From an uncultured Candidatus Actinomarina sp. (GTDB lineage Bacteria > Actinomycetota > Acidimicrobiia > Actinomarinales > Actinomarinaceae), in contig CACPJC010000009.1 in NCBI GenBank assembly GCA_902634185.1, positions 1-14,809 of the forward strand: 14,809 nucleotides of DNA, in the 5' to 3' direction. The notes under the pieces are model-generated. The model did no database searches and was not told the origin of the DNA. It saw only the letters and a list, made by a program, of their open reading frames with translations. Positions within the stretch are counted from its first letter, which is position 1. Each line of letters opens with the position of its first letter. Below are positions 9,045 through 14,809 of this stretch, piece by piece. The position numbers were made by a program, and so were the translations under genes.

Positions 9045-10134
9045 TTACTGGTAAACTTAAACTATCTCCAACCTCAGCAGATAACAACATTCCATTGTGT
9101 ATCTGCAATGAGGGCCTTAAGTTTGGATTACTTTTATATTTTTCAAACCAATCCTCTATAAGCAAATCATCTATGTAATTTTGCAAAATTGTAGAAAGTT
9201 CTATTGAGGATGTTTTAGGAACTGCCCCCGGCAAATTTGCGATTGCTGAAATTATTATCCCGTTTCTTATTTCAAATGGTTCACTATGTGTATTTGGTTT
9301 TACATTTTCTACACACCCTCCTTGATCAATTGCAACATCAATGATTACTGTCCCTTTTTCCATCTGGTTTATGTCTTCTTCGGTAATTACAATAGGAGGA
9401 TTTCTTCCTGGCAATAGTACAGCTCCTATAACAAGATCTGCCGATCTAACTTCATTTTTTGCTTCTTCACTCCCAGCAATTATTGTTGATATTTTATCTT
9501 GATATGTATTTTTTAATTCTGTCAAAATTTCTTTATTTAAATCTATTGCAACAACAGAAGCTCCAATTTGAATAGATTTATCAATTGAAGCTCTACCAAC
9601 TTCACCACATCCTATTACAACTACCTTTGAATTACTCTCGTCTGAAATTGAAGATAATAATAGCCCTTTGCCTTGTGAAGAATATTCCAAGAATTGCATT
9701 CCTTTTTGAATTGCTAGATTTCCGGCTATTTTAGACATAGGTATCAAGAGAGGATACTGATTTCCATCCATAATCATTTCAGTAGCAATACTAGTTAACT
9801 TTTTTTCTAGAAGCTTTTTTGTCATTGATAAGTTAGATGCCAAATGTAAGTACCCAAACAAAACATGTGATGGTTTCAAAAGATCAAACTCTTGTTCTTG
9901 TGGTTCTTTGACCTTACAAATTATTTCAGACGATTCATATAATTCTTCAGCTGAACCTAATATTTTTGCACCTGCAGATTCATAATCTTTATCTGAAAAT
10001 CCCGAGCCTTGGCCAGCCCCTGATTCAATGTAAATATCAGCGAGGCCTGTAAATTGTGTTATATGCTTAGGTATTAAAGCTACTCTTCCCTCGTCTTGTT
10101 TTACTTCTTTTGGTATACCAAGTTTTTTAATCAT
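9031..10134 (-). CDS. ald: Alanine dehydrogenase (divergent)
   Basis: GIPKEVKQDEGRVAL, ESGAGQGSGFSDKDY, KVKEP, YLHLA, PLLIPMS, Rossmann GCGEVG, DLVIGAVLLPG, DVAIDQGGC and ANLPGAVP. The catalytic Arg, Lys, His and Asp equivalents appear retained. Confidence 0.9.
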   Translation of the reverse strand: MIKKLGIPKEVKQDEGRVALIPKHITQFTGLADIYIESGAGQGSGFSDKDYESAGAKILGSAEELYESSEIICKVKEPQEQEFDLLKPSHVLFGYLHLASNLSMTKKLLEKKLTSIATEMIMDGNQYPLLIPMSKIAGNLAIQKGMQFLEYSSQGKGLLLSSISDESNSKVVVIGCGEVGRASIDKSIQIGASVVAIDLNKEILTELKNTYQDKISTIIAGSEEAKNEVRSADLVIGAVLLPGRNPPIVITEEDINQMEKGTVIIDVAIDQGGCVENVKPNTHSEPFEIRNGIIISAIANLPGAVPKTSSIELSTILQNYIDDLLIEDWFEKYKSNPNLRPSLQIHNGMLLSAEVGDSLSLPVTKLV

Positions 10135-11242
10135 TAGTTGGAACTGTCTCCTGAAGGTGTTTGTCTAAATATTTCATAAAAGGTGTTCCTCCCGTTCCTA
10201 CAACATTTGAATTATTTTGGTTAGACAATGACTGTTCATGTATATATGTCCTTGCATACTCCAAGTGTTTATTTCTAAAAGTGTGAACTTCTTTTATTAT
10301 TTCGTTGGTTAATTTGACTGATTTATCTTGGTTTGTAACGCTGCTTCTCTTACTTTCAGACCATTCATCTAAATGATTTAATATATTTCTATGTTCGATA
10401 GGCATATACAATCTCATTTCATCCAAATACTCTCTTAGTGGATCATTCGAGTGGGTTATTCCAAGAAGTGCATCTAAAGCTGGCACTATTGAACTTTGAG
10501 CACCAGTTTCTCCTCTAAAAAGCTGAGGTTTGCCATTGTATTCATCAACCTCTTCATAAATTACACCTTGTGGTGTTGCGGGATTATTTTTCCAGCCAAA
10601 TATATATGGTCTTACACGATTGTAGTAAATAAACGGATCACATTTTTCAGGCATTCTGTTCATTATTGAATTAATTTTTCTTATACTTTCAAGTGCACTT
10701 TCTAAAAATGATTGATCTTCATTTTGATCAAGGAAATAGTGTTTTAAGTTAGATAGTATTTCTTTGGCTTCATACTCAATAGCTACGTGAATCATGATAA
10801 ACCAGTCTTCGTCCATTCCTCCTAAAAAGTTTTGTAAAATTCTTATATTTTCTAAATCGAATGGTTTGTTTTTATCCTGCAGTTTCCAATTATTTAAAGC
10901 ATAAGATGCATAAGACAAGATTGGTGGCCTTCCCAACTTTTGAGATATTTTAAACCATGTTTTTGATATATTTTTTGGAATTACTTTGTCTGTCTTTAAA
11001 TTGTCCCAGATATAAGCATGACCAATATACGAGTACAATAACATCGCTCTTTCTAACTCATCAATACCCAGATTTGATATATCTTTTTCTGGTTCTAGAT
11101 TTAATACTTCAGACTCAATTTGATTGTTTGCTAATATTTTTGGAAGATTGTTTCCAACATATTCAATGTCATCAAATTCTTTTGAGAGAATAGTTGATAT
11201 TTTTGATGGCAGAAAGCCGCTTTCAAGAATAGAAAAATCCAA
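10127..11242 (-). CDS. Indoleamine 2,3-dioxygenase family heme enzyme (IDO/PrnB superfamily)
   Basis: LGRPPILSYASYALNNW, FLGGMDEDWFIMIHVAIE, CDPFIYYNRVRPYIFGWK, RGETGAQSS, MRLYMPIEH, proximal heme His in FRNKHLEYARTYI, and the GTGGT loop are all IDO-family motifs. The TTG start is preceded by a strong SD (GGGGGAGG) at 5-nt spacing. Confidence 0.9.
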   Translation of the reverse strand: MDFSILESGFLPSKISTILSKEFDDIEYVGNNLPKILANNQIESEVLNLEPEKDISNLGIDELERAMLLYSYIGHAYIWDNLKTDKVIPKNISKTWFKISQKLGRPPILSYASYALNNWKLQDKNKPFDLENIRILQNFLGGMDEDWFIMIHVAIEYEAKEILSNLKHYFLDQNEDQSFLESALESIRKINSIMNRMPEKCDPFIYYNRVRPYIFGWKNNPATPQGVIYEEVDEYNGKPQLFRGETGAQSSIVPALDALLGITHSNDPLREYLDEMRLYMPIEHRNILNHLDEWSESKRSSVTNQDKSVKLTNEIIKEVHTFRNKHLEYARTYIHEQSLSNQNNSNVVGTGGTPFMKYLDKHLQETVPTND

Positions 11243-11247
11243 TCAGT

Positions 11248-11255
11248 CCTCCCCC
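11248..11255 (-). promoter_or_regulatory. Shine-Dalgarno sequence of the IDO gene
   Basis: Minus strand reads GGGGGAGG-actga-TTG. Confidence 0.75.
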
Positions 11256-11284
11256 ATGGTGATTTATTTTGTTGTTACTAATAA

Positions 11285-11293
11285 TGGTAAACT
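11285..11293 (+). promoter_or_regulatory. Candidate extended -10 promoter (TGnTAAACT) for the photolyase
   Basis: TGGTAAACT fits TGnTANNNT and lies 13 nt upstream of the ATG at 11307. Confidence 0.5.
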
Positions 11294-11306
11294 ATGTTTT
11301 GGAATC

Positions 11307-12800
11307 ATGAAGGATAATTTTTTTGTTATATTAGGAAATCAATTATTTGATCCAAAATATCTAAAAGACCAAGGCTGTAATGAAGTTTTTATGGCTGAAG
11401 ATTATGGTCTATGCACATATGTTAATCATCATAAATTAAAAATTTACCTGTTCTTAACTGCGATGAGGGAATATCGAGATGAACTAAATAAAAAAGAAAT
11501 AAAAGTAAATTATTTTGATCTTGAAAGTAGAAAAGACAAAAAAGACTACTTCGACTTACTGATTAGTTTTTTGAAAAAAAGAAAAATTGATAAAATCCAA
11601 ATTTTTGAACTGGAAGACAAGCCTTTTGAGAAGAAGTTCCTAAAAAGAATGATTGAAAATTCAATTGATGTAGTAGTAATTAAATCCCCAATGTTTATTT
11701 TTGAAAGAGAAAAGTTTAATGAGATGGCAAAGGGAAAAAAAGTTTATAGAATGGCATCTTTTTACCAAAAAGCGAGAAGGGACTTAAATATTCTGATGGA
11801 TAAAAATGATCAACCAGTTGGAGGTAAATGGTCATTTGATGAAGAAAACCGCAAAAAGATTCCAAAAGATACATTAATACCCTCATTACCAAGTTTTAAA
11901 GACTCTATACATAAAGACGACGTAATTAAAGTAATCAGTAAATATTTTCATAATCATCCTGGAGAATTAACAAACTTATGGTTTCCAGTAAGTAGAAAAG
12001 ATGCAAAAAAACAACTTGATGAATTCATAAAAAATCGTTTTTTAAATTTTGGAATTTACGAGGATGCAATGTTGGAAGGTGAAAATTTTCTTTTTCATAG
12101 CTGTATAAGCTCACTTCTAAATATTGGCCTTTTGACACCTTCTTATGTTATTGAGAGATCAATCAAACTTGCAGATAAATATAATGTTCCAATAAATTCT
12201 CTCGAAGGGTTTATAAGACAAATAATAGGATGGAGAGAATTTATTAGAGGGATTTATCAAGAAGAAGGCGAATATCAAATCAAGCAGAACTATTGGAACC
12301 ATAAGAATAAATTAACTGACGCCTGGTATGAAGGTGAAACTGGAATTATTCCTTTAGATGATGCAATTAAAACGACAATAAGGGATGGTTATGTCCATCA
12401 TATTCCACGCTTGATGGTGATAAGTAATATTATGAATCTTTGTGAAATACATCCTGATGAAATATACAAATGGTTTATGGAGATGTATATTGATTCTTCA
12501 GATTGGGTAATGGTTCCTAATGTTTATGGCATGGCAACTTATGCAGATGGTGGTTTGATGTCAACAAAGCCATATACCTGTGGATCAAACTACATACTAA
12601 AAATGAGTAATTATAAAAAAGGTGAGTGGTGTGATACCTTAGATGGACTGTACTGGAGATTTACAGAAAAGAACAGGGATTTTTACGAATCAAATCCTAG
12701 ACTTTCATTGCTTACTAGGTCTTTAGATAAGATGGGCCCTCAAAGAAAGAAGAAGATCTTTGGAGATGCAGAAAAATTTATTAAGTCTAATACAAAGTAA
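11307..12800 (+). CDS. Bacterial (6-4) photolyase / cryptochrome, PhrB/CryB (FeS-BCP) clade, apparently Fe-S-free
   Basis: Family N-terminus ILGNQLF places the true start at ATG 11307 (MKDNFFVILGNQLF), not 11124. Also HKLKI, GGKWSFDEENRK, YEDAM, HSCISSLLNIGLL, EGFIRQIIGWRE, HHIPRLM, YIDSSDWVMVPNVYGM and DGGLMSTKPY..SNYILKMSNY. Confidence 0.94.
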   Translation: MKDNFFVILGNQLFDPKYLKDQGCNEVFMAEDYGLCTYVNHHKLKIYLFLTAMREYRDELNKKEIKVNYFDLESRKDKKDYFDLLISFLKKRKIDKIQIFELEDKPFEKKFLKRMIENSIDVVVIKSPMFIFEREKFNEMAKGKKVYRMASFYQKARRDLNILMDKNDQPVGGKWSFDEENRKKIPKDTLIPSLPSFKDSIHKDDVIKVISKYFHNHPGELTNLWFPVSRKDAKKQLDEFIKNRFLNFGIYEDAMLEGENFLFHSCISSLLNIGLLTPSYVIERSIKLADKYNVPINSLEGFIRQIIGWREFIRGIYQEEGEYQIKQNYWNHKNKLTDAWYEGETGIIPLDDAIKTTIRDGYVHHIPRLMVISNIMNLCEIHPDEIYKWFMEMYIDSSDWVMVPNVYGMATYADGGLMSTKPYTCGSNYILKMSNYKKGEWCDTLDGLYWRFTEKNRDFYESNPRLSLLTRSLDKMGPQRKKKIFGDAEKFIKSNTK

Positions 12801-13580
12801 CTAGCTATTTCGCTCTAAATATTTTCTTAGCTTTAGTGGTTCGTCAGTCATAATTCCATCACACCCAAACTCCAAACATTTGTCAAAATCTTCATCATTA
12901 TTTACAGTCCAAATATGTAAATATAAGTTATTGATTTCACAAAATTCTTTCAACTTTCTTGAGTGGACTTTTAATCCTCTATAAATAAAAGGTGCTTGAA
13001 GAGCTTGTATTCTAAAATTACGATTTTTTGTTGGTAAATATCTTGCAATGACATTTTCCCTAAATGATCCTGAAGTTAATATTTCACCATTAGAAACCTC
13101 TATAAATTCATCCAATCGTGATGGACTAAAAGAGGAGACTAGGGTTCTATCTTCAGCCTTTGTCTCTTTAATTATTTTGTATACTTTTTCCGCCATACCA
13201 GATTCTTTTAAATCTAAATTAAAACAAAGTTTATCAAAAATAGATAAGGCCTCTTTCAATAAAACAAAGCTGGTCTTTCTGTTTAAATCTTTTCTTTCAT
13301 AAAATTTTGATCCAGCATTAATTTTTTTTAAATCTTTCCAATTTAACTCAGATATGTTTCCTTTTTCATGAGTTGTTCTATCTATTGTTGCATCATGGTT
13401 TAAAATAATCTCCCCATCTTTTGTCATTCTCAAATCAGTTTCAAAGTGTGTAAAGTTGTGTTCAACTGTATGTTCTAAAGCATGTAAAGTATTTTCAGGG
13501 ACTACATTAATTCCACCCCTGTGGGGAATTATGATTGGTTTTTCTCCCCTAAAATAATAATTTCTATCCAGAAACACCAC
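12801..13580 (-). CDS. Glycerophosphodiester phosphodiesterase (GDPD/UgpQ-like, cytoplasmic)
   Basis: PHRGG, PENTL, ETDLRMTKDG, NHD..IDRTT, NLDLK, VSSF, WTVN and DGIMTDEP. No signal peptide evident. The exact GTG start is uncertain (13580 or 13577) and overlaps the upstream gene. Confidence 0.93.
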   Translation of the reverse strand: MVFLDRNYYFRGEKPIIIPHRGGINVVPENTLHALEHTVEHNFTHFETDLRMTKDGEIILNHDATIDRTTHEKGNISELNWKDLKKINAGSKFYERKDLNRKTSFVLLKEALSIFDKLCFNLDLKESGMAEKVYKIIKETKAEDRTLVSSFSPSRLDEFIEVSNGEILTSGSFRENVIARYLPTKNRNFRIQALQAPFIYRGLKVHSRKLKEFCEINNLYLHIWTVNNDEDFDKCLEFGCDGIMTDEPLKLRKYLERNS

Positions 13581-14808
13581 CGGTGAAATTAAATTCTTTT
13601 AAATGCAACATTGGTACATTTAAAATACCTTCACCAAATTCGGAATCGGCAAATCTACTATCTGACCCAACTCCCAAAACGTTACCTTGTCCTAAAGATG
13701 ACATAAAACTTTGTGTAAATCTTAATCTTCCAACAGGCTTTGTTACTTTACCATTCTCAATTAAATATGAACCATTTCTATTTAAACCAGTAACTACTTG
13801 AGTTATTGGATCTAGAACTCTACAGTACCAAAATTCATTTATATAGATTCCTTTTTTAACATTAGAAATCATTTCTTCTTTGGAAATGTCACCAGGCTTA
13901 AGATACAAATTTGTTCCAAGTCCCCCAAAACTATCTCCCCATCCGAACATTTCATGAAATGTGTTGCTTTGATTAAGTTCATTTGATGTCCGCCTCGTAT
14001 GAAAATAGTTTTTTGGGATACCATTTGTAATTATTTCTATTTTTTTCTTAGGTGCACCTGATGCATCAATTTTAAAATTAAGTGCTCCCTCTTTGTGTGG
14101 ATCGTCTTCTAGATTTATCTTTTCATCAAATTGCTCAACATTTATTTCTATAGGAGATGTCCCATCAACTTTACTCTTTGCATTAAATCCATAAACGGAA
14201 AGAAAAACTAAAATTGTACTTACCGCATCAGGTCCTAAAATTACCTCGTAAACTCCTGGGTCAATGTCTTCTGGATTTTGAGATTCTTTAGTTATTGAAA
14301 AAGCTTCTTGTCCAACTTTCTGAGCATCAATATCACTTAAGATTTGATTTCCAATATGAGACGAACCCGCAGATGTCTCCGATCTAAAGATTCCATCTAA
14401 AAATGCACTTGTTGCGGTATCACTAGAGTTCAGTCCATTTGTGTTCCATACAAAAACATTTGATACGTTTGAAGAACAATAACCAGCACCATTGTATGTT
14501 TGACCTTCTTCTATAAATTCTTTTACTTTTTGTGCTCTGATGTCAGGATCATCAGGAGATATATCTTTATAGCCGTTAAAGGAATTCTCCTTACTAGTCA
14601 GTCCTGGCCAAGTTGAGTCTTTGGGATTGTTTCCAATCTCTGAAAGGGCTTTTTTGATAATATCTTCAATTGATCCCATAGAGGTAATGTTTAAATTTAA
14701 ATTTGTTGTTTTTCCATCGGCATGGAAAGTTAAAAAGATATCTGTTAATTCTTCTTCAACATTTTGATGTATATGGGAGTTAGCAAACCTTGTAAGAGAC
14801 TCTGTAGA
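13564..14808 (-). CDS. TldD/PmbA family protein, TldE/PmbA (non-catalytic) type, 5' end outside the window
   Basis: The frame stays open from the window edge: STESLTRFANSHIHQNVEEE...ITSMGS (LTRFANxxIHQN is typical of the family), so ATG 14679 is internal. Also PGVYEVILGPDAV, DDP, NLYLKPG, GIYINEFWY, TGLNRNG and IENGKVTKPV. No HExxxH motif, so it is not TldD. Confidence 0.9.
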   Translation of the reverse strand, partial: STESLTRFANSHIHQNVEEELTDIFLTFHADGKTTNLNLNITSMGSIEDIIKKALSEIGNNPKDSTWPGLTSKENSFNGYKDISPDDPDIRAQKVKEFIEEGQTYNGAGYCSSNVSNVFVWNTNGLNSSDTATSAFLDGIFRSETSAGSSHIGNQILSDIDAQKVGQEAFSITKESQNPEDIDPGVYEVILGPDAVSTILVFLSVYGFNAKSKVDGTSPIEINVEQFDEKINLEDDPHKEGALNFKIDASGAPKKKIEIITNGIPKNYFHTRRTSNELNQSNTFHEMFGWGDSFGGLGTNLYLKPGDISKEEMISNVKKGIYINEFWYCRVLDPITQVVTGLNRNGSYLIENGKVTKPVGRLRFTQSFMSSLGQGNVLGVGSDSRFADSEFGEGILNVPMLHLKEFNFTGGVSG

Positions 14809-14809
14809 A

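Noticed and set aside
9031-10134. NAD(P) transhydrogenase alpha subunit instead of Ald
   Set aside because: KVKEP, YLHLA, IDQGGC and ANLPGAVP are Ald-type motifs, and there is no pntB neighbour.
10127-11242. Calling the heme protein PrnB of pyrrolnitrin biosynthesis
   Set aside because: No prnA, prnC or prnD nearby, and the GWK, GAQSS and GTGGT motifs fit IDO proper.
10957-11306. ORF 10957-11193 and a 61-aa N-terminal extension of the photolyase (from 11124) overlapping the IDO gene
   Set aside because: Family homology begins at MKDNFFVILGNQLF (11307), which has its own promoter-like element. The extension and the short ORF are antisense to the IDO gene.
13048-13801. Plus-strand ORFs 13048-13302 and 13583-13801
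   Set aside because: Antisense shadows of the GDPD and TldE/PmbA genes.
13564-14808. TldE/PmbA as evidence of a microcin/RiPP cluster
   Set aside because: No precursor peptide, YcaO, transporter or immunity gene in the window; TldD/E genes are widespread housekeeping genes.
1-14809. tRNA, rRNA, CRISPR, IS elements, or att-type repeats flanking the ald-ido-photolyase block
   Set aside because: Intergenic spaces are too short and AT-rich, and I saw no direct repeats, integrase or transposase. Horizontal origin of the block cannot be shown from this sequence alone.

Overview
A gene-dense, AT-rich bacterial chromosomal segment with gaps of 0-92 bp and several overlaps. Protein signatures (PimB'-like mannosyltransferase, actinobacterial-type TopA C-terminal repeats, LeuD and TldE N-termini) plus Na+ bioenergetics and a photolyase suggest a streamlined surface-ocean actinobacterium such as Ca. 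Actinomarinales (inference). Gene order: topA (5'-truncated, +); GT4 mannosyltransferase, K+-dependent probably Na+-pumping pyrophosphatase hppA and NapA-like Na+/H+ antiporter (all -); leuC-leuD (+); alanine dehydrogenase overlapping an indoleamine 2,3-dioxygenase (IDO)-family gene (-); a divergent bacterial (6-4)-type photolyase apparently lacking its Fe-S cluster (+); glycerophosphodiester phosphodiesterase and TldE/PmbA (5'-truncated) (-). I saw no RNA genes, mobile elements or CRISPR arrays. The most interesting signals are (1) the coupled ido-ald pair sharing a 64-bp divergent region with the photolyase, a candidate tryptophan-oxidation/UV-response module, and (2) an unusual TopA C-terminus with a hybrid Zn-ribbon/Topo_C repeat and two tandem Rho_N/HeH-like modules inserted inside the last repeat.
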